Shown piece after piece: positions 20,550 to 31,162 of a DNA stretch of 64,000 nucleotides. The stretch comes from a virus (lineage: Duplodnaviria > Caudoviricetes): positions 1 to 64,000 of the IMG/VR virus record IMGVR_UViG_3300031760_004705; one strand, written 5' to 3'. The notes below the pieces were generated by a model. That model ran no database searches. It was given only the letters and a program-made list of their open reading frames with translations, and was not told the origin of the DNA. How positions within the stretch are numbered: position 1 is the first letter of the stretch; every line of letters begins with the position of its first letter. The position numbers and the translations under genes are program-made.

Positions 20550-22463
20550 ATGAAGCTTAATGTAAAATTAAATAAGAATTTTCAAACTCAATTTAATAGG
20601 ATGGTTGAAAAATATGGTGAAGAGTTTCTAAAACTTCAAGGTTTTGATGAAGCTACTCTTAGTTTTACAGATTTTATTGAAGGATTTATTGATTCTGATA
20701 ACGTAGCTAATACTTCTATTGATGCTAATGCTAATATTGCTCAGAAAGATATTGTAACTTTACTTTCTGAAATGTCTAAACCAGATCAAAAATTATTAGT
20801 CTTTAACAAACTTTATTATGAGATTAATAAAAAATATGGATATAAAATTGCCAATGAAGCTATGGAAGCTATGTGGTCGTATTCTCTTTATATGCACGAT
20901 TTTAATACTGCCACTTTAGTTCCATATTGTTTTGCATATGATATTAAACCAATAGCAGAAAAAGGACTATTCTTTATTCAAGGTTATAATGCTAAGCCTG
21001 CGAAACATTTAGATAGTTTTATTCAAATTTTAATGGAAGCAATTGCTTTCCTTAGCCGCAGACAATCAGGAGCTTGCGGCCTACCTAATTTAATTCCATA
21101 TCTTTACTACTATTGGAGTAGAGATGTAGCTCAAGGATATTATACCAAAGACCCAGAAACTTATAAGAAGCAACAAATCCAGGCTCTTATTCATCGTTTA
21201 AATCAGCCTTGGGTTCGTTCAGATCAAGCTGCATTTACTAACGTAAGTGTATTTGATCATCCTTATTTTGAAGCTATCTTTGGTGGCGGAGAGTTTCCTG
21301 ATGGTAGTTTTATGATTGATGAAGAAGATGAAATCATTGAATTTCAAAAAGATTTTATTAATGTCGTAAATGAAATTCGTGAAGAGAATGTATTTACATT
21401 CCCTGTTCTTACTGCATCTTTACTTTATCAGGATGGAAAATTTGTAGACGAAGAGTTTGCAAAATGGGCTTGCGAAGCATCCCGCAAATGGAATATTTTT
21501 AATTTCTTTACTGATTCTACAGTTAATAGTCTTTCTAATTGTTGCAGATTAAAGAGTGATATTACGGATCTTTATTTTAATTCAATTGGAGGAACAGCTC
21601 TTGAAGTTGGTTCTGCTAAAGTGTCTACTCTTAATATTGCACGTCTTGCTTATCAAAGTGAAAGCGAACAAGATTTCTTAGTTAAATTGCGCGATTTAAC
21701 TAAACTTAATTTAAAGATTCTAGATGTTCAACGTAATATTATTTATCGTAATGTAGAAAAAGGTTTGCTACCAAACATTTCTTGTGGTCTAATGAATCTT
21801 GATGCTATGTACTCTACAGTTGGAGTAAATGGTATTTTTGAAACAATGAAGACATTTGGATATACAGAAGTAGATGACTTTGGTAATTATAGCTACACAG
21901 ACCAAGCATACGATCTTGGACAGCGTATTTTTAAAGTAATTCAAAATTGCATTGATAACTTTGCTTTAGATAAAGATTATAAAATTAATATTGAGCAAGT
22001 TCCTGCAGAGCAGGCCGCAGTAAAACTTCAAAAAGCTGATGAATATTTATATCCCGATCAAGTTGTTAAAGATTTACCTTTATACGGTAATCAATGGATT
22101 CCTCTTGGAATTAAGGCTACTATCCAAGAGAGAACAAAAATCTGTGCGGCATTTGATAGTTATTGTAATGGTGGATCAATCGAACATATCAATGTAGATG
22201 CACCTTTTACTAATTTTGATCAAGCTTGATACATGTTAAATTGGGTTGCACAACAAGGTGTTACTTATTTCGCTTTTAATGGTAAAGTAGCTCAATGTAA
22301 AAATTATCACAGTTTCTATGGAAAAGTTTGTCCAATATGCGGCGAACCTGTAGAAACAGAATATACTCGTGTAGTTGGTTTTTATACTCCAACAAAGAGC
22401 TATTCTAAACAGCGTAAAGCAGAGTTTAACCTTCGTCAATGGGATAATTTAAATGAAAATTAA
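20550..22463 (+). CDS. nrdD: Class III anaerobic ribonucleotide reductase (637 aa, 1 TGA=Trp at 22227-29)
   Basis: NCCRL finger loop, EQVPAE, NGGSIEHIN; FDQA[W]YMLNW joins to the Zn and glycyl-radical domain (CPICG..TRVVGF). Confidence 0.92.
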
Positions 22464-22929
22464 AGGTATTATTTTTGAAGATTTTATTAATTACAAAAAA
22501 CCGTCTATGGTAATTGAGTTTCCATATTGTAATTTTAAATGTGATAAAGAATGTGGACAACAAGTATGTCAAAATTCTAAGTTAGCTAAAGCTCCTAATA
22601 AAGATGTTTCTATAACTAATCTTGTAAAAACATATATGAATAATAATATTACTGAAGCAATTGTTTTTCAAGGACTAGAACCTTTTGATTCAAAAGATGA
22701 TCTCTATCAATTAATAAAAGTATTTAGAGAATATACTAATAATGATATTGTTATTTATACAGGATATACTGAAACAGAACTTGATTATGAAATTGAAACA
22801 TTAAAACGCTTATTTAAAAATATTATTATTAAATTTGGCCGTTTTATTCCAGATCAACAATCTCGTTTTGATGAAATTTTAGGAGTAACATTAGCGAGTT
22901 CTAATCAATATGCTAAAAAGATTTGTTAG
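22453..22929 (+). CDS. nrdG: Anaerobic RNR activase (radical SAM)
   Basis: CNFKCDKEC..CQN, QGLEPF, IYTGY, KFGRF, SSNQYA. Confidence 0.88.
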   Translation: MKIKGIIFEDFINYKKPSMVIEFPYCNFKCDKECGQQVCQNSKLAKAPNKDVSITNLVKTYMNNNITEAIVFQGLEPFDSKDDLYQLIKVFREYTNNDIVIYTGYTETELDYEIETLKRLFKNIIIKFGRFIPDQQSRFDEILGVTLASSNQYAKKIC

Positions 22930-23120
22930 GAGTTTCTATGGTTTGTTGTTGTGCTTTAGCTGGAACAGCAGCTTGTAATAATTGTTTTAATAGGACAGGT
23001 AGCTATAGTTATTCAACTAATACAACTTTTCCTGATATTAAAAAAACTCAAAACAATCCTATTATTATTAATTACAATTATATAATCCAAGAACAAAAAA
23101 AGAAGAAGAAAAAGAAATAA
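22923..23120 (+). CDS. Small Cys-rich, Lys-tailed hypothetical protein
   Basis: CCCALAGTAACNNC; poly-Lys end before a terminator. Confidence 0.45.
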   Translation: MLGVSMVCCCALAGTAACNNCFNRTGSYSYSTNTTFPDIKKTQNNPIIINYNYIIQEQKKKKKKK

Positions 23121-23124
23121 TAAA

Positions 23125-23160
23125 AGGGTAGATATTTGAAATATCTACCCTCTATTTTTT
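23125..23160 (+). terminator. Intrinsic terminator
   Basis: agggtagatatt-tga-aatatctaccct followed by a T tract. Confidence 0.85.
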
Positions 23161-23166
23161 TATCTA

Positions 23167-23195
23167 TTGACAGAAAAAAATTTTTTTGTTATAAT
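23167..23195 (+). promoter_or_regulatory. sigmaA promoter
   Basis: TTGACA-N17-TATAAT with TGn extension. Confidence 0.9.
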
Positions 23196-23226
23196 ATATA
23201 TAGAAAATGATGAAAGGAGTGTTTTT

Positions 23227-23592
23227 ATGGCTGATGTAGCACTTGGTAATTTATATGAACTTAATAAGCAAGTTATGGCACAACTTCCACCGCAGAGCGA
23301 TGAAATTTTAAATCGCAATTGAACAATTATTGGAGATTGATTTGGTAGAGATCAAGATCGATGGTTCATGCTAATGTGTAAAGAACGTTCTGATTTTACT
23401 TTATTTCATATTACAGACCATCAATTTGTAAAAGCTATCCAAGAGTTGAAAGAAGTACTAGAAGAGCGTGGTCAAATCCTTGCAATTCAATATTTACATG
23501 GTGAAGATGCTTTTGAGATTTGAGTAAAAAATGATGAAGAAGTATTTATGTTTATGCTTTTCTCTGCGGGATGAATGGTAATTGAAATTTAA
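23227..23592 (+). CDS. Conserved-looking phage protein (121 aa, 4 TGA=Trp), absent from the ORF track
   Basis: SD AAGGAG, MADVALGNLYELNKQ..WFMLMCKERSDFTLF..FEI[W]V..MVIEI-TAA. Confidence 0.75.
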
Positions 23593-23605
23593 GAAGGTGA
23601 CTAAA

Positions 23606-23863
23606 ATGTACAAACTAGTTGTAATAGCAGATCCTTTACAGGAAACAGAAATTTATGAAGTTACTTCAATGGGAGATTTACATAAAATTTCTCAGTTAAA
23701 AGTTCCGCAGGAGTCTGTTGAATTTATTAAAAATTATTCTAACAGTGTTAAAGAAAAAGTAGATGTAACTTATGTAGGACCTACAGATTATATTCGTTAC
23801 TTTATAAGTCAAGCTAATAATCTTGAATATGTATATGCGCATATGAATGAAATTGGAGGATAA
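23606..23863 (+). CDS. Hypothetical protein
   Basis: SD AAGGTG, ATG 23606. Confidence 0.6.
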   Translation: MYKLVVIADPLQETEIYEVTSMGDLHKISQLKVPQESVEFIKNYSNSVKEKVDVTYVGPTDYIRYFISQANNLEYVYAHMNEIGG

Positions 23864-24163
23864 ATGATTAAATATCTAATTAAGAATACTGCAGAAATTC
23901 GTGTAGAGTCCGAAGAAGATGCCAATGCTCTTCATAAAGAATATGAAGATTTTGCTCGTGATAATGCTTATATTCTAAATTCTTGGTCGCAAACTTATCG
24001 TACTAAAAAGTCTGGCGGAGAAATTGTAGAAGAATGGTGGATTTGTAAAGTTGTTCTAATCTTTAACGATGCTAAGGCTCCTGATATTCCTCTTGATAAT
24101 ATTGATTTTAATATGCAAAAACTTATTTCTATGGATAATATTTCTCCTTGGGATGAGGCGTAA
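23864..24163 (+). CDS. Hypothetical protein (99 aa)
   Basis: SD GGAGG; abuts its neighbours. Confidence 0.65.
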   Translation: MIKYLIKNTAEIRVESEEDANALHKEYEDFARDNAYILNSWSQTYRTKKSGGEIVEEWWICKVVLIFNDAKAPDIPLDNIDFNMQKLISMDNISPWDEA

Positions 24164-24627
24164 TGAAATTTATGAGAATACATTGCACAGATAAATCTGA
24201 TGATTTTATTATAAATATTAAATATCTTCCAGGTGCGCATGAGCTCGAGCAGGTAGAGTGAGGTTCTTGAATTGATCTTTATACTTATGAAGAAACGAGT
24301 TTAAAGCAAGGTGATCAGAAATATATTAATCTTGGTATTGCAATGAAATTACCAGAAGGATATGAAGCAATTGTAGCTCCACGTTCTTCTACATTTAAAA
24401 ATTGGGGAATTACTCAGACCAATAGTATTGGAGTTATTGACTCTACTTATTGCGGAGATAATGACATTTGGATGTTTCCTGCTCATGCAACTAAAACAAT
24501 AACAATTCCCGCAGGAACACGTATTTGTCAATTCCGAATCCAAAAGGAACAACCTAAAATTACATTTAATAAAGTTGAGACTCTTGGAGAGAAAGACCGC
24601 GGCGGGCTAGGGAGCTCTGGTCTATAA
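24163..24627 (+). CDS. dut: Trimeric dUTPase (154 aa, 2 TGA=Trp)
   Basis: [W]GS[W]IDL (motif I), APRSS, GVIDSTYCG, RICQF, RGGLGSSG. Confidence 0.92.
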
Positions 24628-25121
24628 TGCGGCGAACATTAGCATTAGATCAAGCTAGTCGTGTCACTGGCTGAGCTATTTACGATAATAAGAATTTAGT
24701 TACAAGTGGTCATTTTTCAATTGCCGCAAATAAAACTATGCAACAAAGATTGTTATCTTTTATTGATCATTTAAATGAATTAATTGATAAATATAATGTA
24801 GAAAAAATTTATTATGAAGGTATTCAATATCAAAATAATATTGAAACATATAAAAAATTAGCATATATTCAAGCTATGATTATATATAATACTACTGTTC
24901 ATAATTTGCCTATCTTAGAATTAACTCCATCACATTGAAGAAGTCTTATTAAAGATAAACATGGAGTTAAATTTGGTCGTTCACGAACTGAACAAAAACA
25001 AAAAGCACAAGAATTTGTAAAAGAACATTTTAATATTAACGCTACTGAAGATGAAGCAGATGCGATTTGTTTGGGGTACGCAGGAATATTAGAGGACGAA
25101 AAAAATAAATCTGCTTTTTAA
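24627..25121 (+). CDS. ruvC: RuvC-like Holliday junction resolvase (164 aa, 2 TGA=Trp)
   Basis: LALDQASRVTG[W]AI, IYYEGIQ, TPSH[W]RS, DEADAICLG. Confidence 0.88.
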
Positions 25122-25130
25122 AGCTAATAA

Positions 25131-25170
25131 AAAAGAGGGGTATACTCGTAAGAGTATACCCCTTATTTTA
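25131..25170. terminator. Bidirectional terminator at the convergence of the two arms
   Basis: aaaaaga-ggggtatactc-gtaa-gagtatacccc-ttatttta. Confidence 0.9.
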
Positions 25171-26724
25171 TTTTCAAGGATTATTCTTAGAATTAAGAGA
25201 CTTTTGTAATCCTTTAACTGAATTAGGACCAAAATAACCATCAGCACCATCTGGGCCAACACTAAACTTATGTTTAATTAAAAATTCTTGAATCTTCTTA
25301 GAAGTATCTGGTCCCCAATATCCATCTACATCTGCACCGACTTTCTTTTGAATTGCTTTCACTAAAGCAGATCCAGTGCGTTCTCATGTAACAGATACAA
25401 TACCTTTAAAATATTCTTGATTACCTTTAAGCTGACCAGAGATAACACCATCTACAGGTGTTCCTAAAGATTTCTGTCAAGCTTTGATTGTTTCATATCC
25501 ACCAATACCATCTACTGCAAGTTTAGTAGAGGTTGTAGTCTTATTAGTGGTGGTAGAACTAGAAGTAGTTGTTTTAGCTCCGCCCGTAGTAGCACCTTGA
25601 TAACGAAGAATGCAATCCCATCCATGACTATAGGTATAAATATTCTTTACATTAGTCTCATTACCAGACTGGTCACCGGTTTGGCCACCAGTTGCGCGAC
25701 CACGTTCATCAATAGATGCCTGAGCAATTTTAGCGTTTCAACCATTTCCAGAAATAACTGCGGCAGTATGGTAATTGTCATTTAATAGAATATCACCGGG
25801 CTGTGCTTTAGATAAATCTGCGGGAATACGTTTCCATCCTCGAGCTGTAAGATTACTAGACATATTACCAGTATAACTTGCGCTTCCAGTATCAAATCCA
25901 GCCTTCTTTAAAGCTCAAATTACAAGGGAAGAACAATCACATTCTCCACCATCATAAATATTTTGACGCTGATATTGGTCATATCCAAGAGATCATACAG
26001 CACATGCAGTATACATTCATTCACAAAACTTAGTAAGTTTATCTGAATCTTTAACTCTCTGTTCATTCTTATCATTCTCTAATTTATTTTGTTTAGCTTT
26101 AATACGAGAAGGATAATTAATAACACATCAATTAAAATCTGTACAACCAGATACGTCATCATAATATAAAGCACCATCAGTTAAACGTTTAGTGCCTTGT
26201 TGTCACATACCAATGTCACCCGCGGCAGTTGGTCAATCACGCTGCCATCAAGCAATTCAATTAGCATATTCATCTAATTCATCTTTGTTAACATTATTTA
26301 ATCAAGCAGAACCCTGTATATAGAGTCCCGCATAATATCCAGCTTTAATAAGAGTATCGCAGAAAGTTTTAATTATTGCAGTTAGTGTGCTCTTGGATAA
26401 TTTAAATTGACGAGGATCTTCTACATCCATATAGATGGGCATATCAAAATCATGTCCTTTAAGTAATCCAATAATATGCTCTGCATCTTTCTTTGCTTCA
26501 GCTACAGAGGTGCATACAGTATAATAATACGCTCCAACATGTAGACCTGCGGCTTTAGCTTTTTTGTAATTAGTTTCGTATTGAGAATCGGTATAACGAC
26601 CTAATTTAGTTTCATTACCACCACATTTAACAATTACGCCTCATAGATTATGTTTTTTTATCCATAAGGCGTAATTTACATTACCGTCTCAATGAGAAAC
26701 ATCAATAACGGCTTTACGTTCCAT
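25168..26724 (-). CDS. Three-domain endolysin: GH25 muramidase + Cys/His amidase/peptidase + peptidoglycan-binding repeats (518 aa, about 15 TGA=Trp)
   Basis: IDVSH[W]DG..GLHVGAYYY..IYMDVE; LGYDQ..GECDCSSLVI[W]..GDILLNDNYHTA; VDGIGG..[W]QKSLGTPVDG, DGYWGPDT; single frame to TAA 25168. Confidence 0.9.
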
Positions 26725-26726
26725 TT

Positions 26727-27083
26727 TTACTCCTTTGTGAAATGTTTTCCTTGAAGGAAGTCATCTGTATCATCTACAGAATCGCCATATTGAATTTCTG
26801 GAATAGCCATTGCATCTGCATATGTTGCAGGAAGGCCAATCATATTCTTAAATGCTTCGTACATACCAGTAGAAGCAAGACCACTAATCATACCAGTAAC
26901 GATAGTTGGTAAGTCTAAAGTTCCAAAACTTCAAACAGCAGCTGCAACTCCAAGAATTGCAGAAATAATAGGAATAAAACTATTTAAAATTTTATTGTGT
27001 AAAGTATGTAAGGTATATCCAATACCTAAGCACGCAATTAAAATAATTGGTGATATATAATTAGTTATAGTTGAGAGGTCCAT
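26727..27083 (-). CDS. Holin (118 aa, TGA=Trp at codon 51)
   Basis: Three hydrophobic segments, FIPIISAILGVAAAV[W]..GMISGLASTGMYEAFKN, directly upstream of the lysin. Confidence 0.85.
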
Positions 27084-27086
27084 AAA

Positions 27087-27284
27087 CTACTCCTCTTCTG
27101 GTAAATCTTCTTCCTCTTCTACGGGAGTGATATATCCTTCTTCTTCAAGCTCTAGAAGCATCTGTGCACGCTGAGTGTCAGAAAGTTTAGGATAAGAATC
27201 AATTACATCAACAGCATTTTCACCATGCTTGATTCGAAGAATAACAGCTTTTTTAATAATCTTATAAGCAACAGCAGTTACCAT
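27087..27284 (-). CDS. Small tail-region protein (65 aa)
   Basis: AYKIIKKAVILRIKHGE..IDSYPKLS; SD. Confidence 0.65.
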   Translation of the reverse strand: MVTAVAYKIIKKAVILRIKHGENAVDVIDSYPKLSDTQRAQMLLELEEEGYITPVEEEEDLPEEE

Positions 27285-27304
27285 AATTATTACCTACCTT
27301 TCAT

Positions 27305-27814
27305 TTATAATGGAATTGATACAGTTGGATTTTGTAATATGTAAGCAGAAGCTCTAAAATAATAATTACTAGAAGTACTAGTCATAGGCTCTGATGTCTG
27401 TCAGTATAAATTAGGCGTTAATGGAGTTGAATCAGTATATGCAGTTCCTCCATGTAAATATGCTCTATCTGTTGTTTTACCTGTTGATATATCTATTTCA
27501 AAAATAGGAGCTACTATATCTGTACCAGTAGCTATCGTGACTGTTTGATTTGCAGTTGTTGGTTGGCTAATCTTTAATATAATAAAAAACATACCTAAAC
27601 AATTTCATCTTGCAAAACGAATTAAAGAAGGAGTAATACCAGAAGAAAAATTAAAAAATGTATTTGTTATACCAGTATCACTATTTTCATTAAAAAGAAC
27701 AAAATCATTTTTATCTTGTATGTTATTTAATTTATCTCGAGCAATAGCATCACATATATCATACGTAGTATCCCCTACTTGAATTTGAGAAATTTTATTT
27801 GTATTTTCAGCCAT
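27305..27814 (-). CDS. Docking-motif tail protein (169 aa, 2 TGA=Trp)
   Basis: KISQIQVGDTTYDICDAIAR; track ORFs 27605 and 27401 join. Confidence 0.75.
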
Positions 27815-27815
27815 T

Positions 27816-27872
27816 TTATTCAATCCTTCCTATGTATGGCGGCATCGTTCCATATATATTTAACATAGGCAT
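27816..27872 (-). CDS. Possible 18-aa mini-ORF MPMLNIYGTMPPYIGRIE
   Basis: Strong SD AAAGGAG upstream; TAA ends just before the next ATG. Confidence 0.3.
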   Translation of the reverse strand: MPMLNIYGTMPPYIGRIE

Positions 27873-27939
27873 TATTTTCTCCTTTTCTTTCTTTAGTTTT
27901 AATCTAAATCAAATTCTTTATTCTTAATGTTGAAATAAA

Positions 27940-28500
27940 TTAAATTTCTTCTTCGGCTCCACCTAAGAGATCGGCCATAACAAGTAGAATATCATCAAGA
28001 GTTTCTTGATTTTCTGCAACTCTATCTTCAATATCACTACCAGCGAGTTCTGCTACGACTTCAAATAAATCATTAGTGTCAGATTCTATTGTATTAAGTC
28101 GTTCAGGACCTTTTGCTAAAAAGACATTATCAGCTAATTCTTTTTCTGTATAAAGAATATAGCGAAGAATAATCTCTTCTTCTTCATATGCTTCAACTTT
28201 AGGTTGATCAATTACATATCGAATAGAAGCACTTTTTATTTGAATAGAAGGATCTTCTTTACTAGGGAGATATTTGAAAGCACCCGTTGTTTCATTGATT
28301 ATTTTAATGCGAGGATCATTTTCTTTTAAGAAAAGAGTTTCTCCTGTATTTAATTCAAGATAACTAACAAAATAATGACCTTTTTCAGGAACCATTTCAT
28401 GATAATGAATAATTTTTTCTTTTTCTAAGTGACCCAAATTTAAATCGGGATCAAAAATTTCATTTCCTTCATTATCTAAAATTCGATATTGATTATCCAT
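27940..28500 (-). CDS. Tail-associated protein X2 (possible fibre-assembly chaperone), paralog of 30101-30628
   Basis: ILDNEGNEIFDPDLNLGHL..YTEKELAD..DILLVMADLLGGAEE. Confidence 0.7.
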   Translation of the reverse strand: MDNQYRILDNEGNEIFDPDLNLGHLEKEKIIHYHEMVPEKGHYFVSYLELNTGETLFLKENDPRIKIINETTGAFKYLPSKEDPSIQIKSASIRYVIDQPKVEAYEEEEIILRYILYTEKELADNVFLAKGPERLNTIESDTNDLFEVVAELAGSDIEDRVAENQETLDDILLVMADLLGGAEEEI

Positions 28501-28533
28501 TGGAACTATTAACTCCTCTCTTTTGCTTTAATA

Positions 28534-29082
28534 TTAATCATCAGAAATATCAACTACTCTAGCAGTTGTCTTTCATAAAAGCATTCTAGCTCTTATTTGA
28601 AATGAATTAGGAGTTATTGTAGTAGATCTTAAATTATAAAAAGATAACACACATCCTCCACCAGTGGATCCTGATTCTGATGCATTGGCCATTTCTGTTA
28701 ATACTAAATCTGTAGGTGTACCTTCAATACCTACCACTCCTAATTGATGATATCCCTTTTTTAAATATTCGTCTTGAATATTTTTTGTATGATCCGAACT
28801 TAAAGTTCTTAAAGTAATACTGCTTGTTGTTTTACTAGGAAAATGAGTAGAACTAGAATAATTACAAACTCTAACTCATTTAAAAAGAGTCTGATTTACG
28901 GTACCTGTAAGATTGCCTATAGTAGCAGCATTAGTAGTTGCTGTATCAAGAGCTTCTGTTGCTTTGTCAAAAGTATCTGATATTGCCTCATTTAATTGTA
29001 CCATACTTGCACGAGCTCCTGCATCTTGTATATCGTAGGTTGTATTACCCACTTTAATTTGTGAAATCGTTGGATTAGCCAT
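28534..29082 (-). CDS. Docking-motif tail protein (182 aa, 2 TGA=Trp)
   Basis: TISQIKVGNTTYDIQDAGAR, short coiled coil, beta-rich C-terminus. Confidence 0.75.
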
Positions 29083-29085
29083 AAA

Positions 29086-30081
29086 TTAATAACCTCCTTC
29101 AATTAATATTAATTTTGTAGTGCCAGAAACGATACTACCATCATTAGTTGAATTAATTACTAATTTATAACTTGAAATATCTGGAGTATCAACTGTAGTA
29201 TCAAGATTAGTTATACTATTATTATTTTTATCATATCTATATAATTTTTCAATACGATCAATTACATGATTATGAGGAATGGTAAAATTAAATCTATGTA
29301 AATCAGCATGTTTAAAATATAATACATGCGCACTTGAAGTATCTTCTAAATAATTTTCTAAATCACTACTATAAGCAATAATACTGCCTTCTCTTGGAGG
29401 ATTATCTCCTATAATTAGTTGATCTTTTAAATAGGATACTTCAATGATTTGTATAGGATCTAATCTAGAATCTTCATTACCATCAATTAAATAATCTGAA
29501 TTTTTAACTTGATTTTGTAAAAATTCTAGTCTAGATGGACACCCTGTTTGAATTGCATTACTATATTGTGCCACGTCTTCTGTTGCATCAAGTAAATTTT
29601 TAAGATAAGTTTTTCAAAAAGATTCTACTAATCTTGCAACAGAACTTATTTTAGATGTGGTAATTATTTGATTCCAATTATATTGATATCACTTTGATCA
29701 AGCAAGATCTTTATTTATTGCATAAATTATATAAGTAACTCCTGCATCATTATATTCTAATGTATGTCATATTTGAATAACAAGATTATTATTTAATGTT
29801 ATATATGTAGTATATTCTTCAAAATTTGAACTTAATTTATAACCAGTATAATCTTCTACATGAGTTCCACCCATATCTAGCAAATATTCTCCCCTATCTT
29901 CCTCTACGGGAATTATATTACTATTTATAGTATACATAGGATTATTATTTTCATCAACAAGTAAATCTAAATCTAATAAAGCATCATTATTTTCACTTGG
30001 AGACGTAATTCCAAACCAAGTAGGAATATGTAATCTTGGGAGGGGTAAATCCCCTAATTGTTCATATGGAGTTGCTGTCAT
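29086..30081 (-). CDS. Hypothetical tail-region protein (331 aa, 4 TGA=Trp)
   Basis: Track ORFs 29767 and 29086 share a frame and join via TGA. Confidence 0.7.
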
Positions 30082-30100
30082 TTTTACCCCTCTCAATTAT

Positions 30101-30628
30101 TTATTCTTCTGATCCACCTAATAAATCAGCTATAACTAATAATAAATCTTCAATTGTTTCTTGAGCTTCAGCTAACGATGTGGGACCATTAGCTAAAAAT
30201 TCTTTATCTGAAAGTTCTTTTTCTGTATAAGGAACATATCTATAAAAAGTTTTTATTTCATCTCATGCGGGAACTAGAACGTTATCAATTACAGGAGCAA
30301 TAGTTTGACCAACAATAGTTCGTTCTGGTTCACCATCTAGGGATTGATAATTAAAAATTCCCTTTTGACTATCAATAATTTTAACATGAGGATCATTTTC
30401 ATTTTCAACTTTATAAACTTCTCCATCAGTAAATCTAAAAGAGACAACTTTATAATGTCATTGTTCTGGAATAGATTCGTGATGAATATTAAATTCTTCT
30501 TTTCTAAGATAGCCAAGTTTAAGATCTGGATCAGTAATTTCTTGGTTATCTTGATCTAAAATTGGATACTCATATGAAAAACCAGTGTCTTCTACTGATT
30601 CAATATTTTCTTCTAAGAGCTCGTCCAT
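30101..30628 (-). CDS. Tail-associated protein X1 (175 aa, 2 TGA=Trp), absent from the track
   Basis: ILDQDNQEITDPDLKLGYL..YTEKELSD..DLLLVIADLLGGSEE; SD AAGGAG. Confidence 0.75.
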
Positions 30629-30647
30629 TTATAGCTCCTTTCCTTAA

Positions 30648-31148
30648 CTATCCTAAAACTATAAAAGCTTCTCTACTTCATGTATTAGCACCATCAATAC
30701 TATATTCATTTGTTGCTAAATTTCTAATAAATAAATTCGTTTGAAAACCAGAACTATGAGTAATATACGTAACCATTACTGTATTTACAGTATGTCATCC
30801 TAATGTTCCTAATCAAACACCTTCCGTACTTTCTTCGTAATCTTCATCAAGAAGGTATCCCGAACCTGGTGGATAACATGCGACTTGTCTTTGTACCCCT
30901 ATTAAACCTGCAGTAGATACTCCTGGAAGAGGTGTAACTCCTGATGCAAGAAATTTATTAACAGATATTTTAAAATTATTTAATCTGGTAATAGCAGTAT
31001 CACTTTTTGTTTTTGCATTAGAAGCATTAGTTCTAATTGTAGACAAATCAGAAATAGTATTTTGTTTTCCAGCAAGAGAAGCTCGTGCAGTAACATCATG
31101 TATATTATAAACATTTTCACTTATTTGAAGTTGTTTAATATATGGCAT
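30648..31148 (-). CDS. Docking-motif tail protein, tandem paralog C (166 aa, 3 TGA=Trp)
   Basis: IKQLQISENVYNIHDVTAR..GKQNTISDLSTIRTNAS. Confidence 0.8.
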
Positions 31149-31162
31149 TTTACTTCTCCTTT

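Noticed and set aside
940-24552. Minus-strand and alternate-frame track ORFs over the + arm genes (e.g. 940-1236, 4456-4839, 17386-17784)
   Set aside because: Shadow ORFs of well-supported genes, with no SD or motifs
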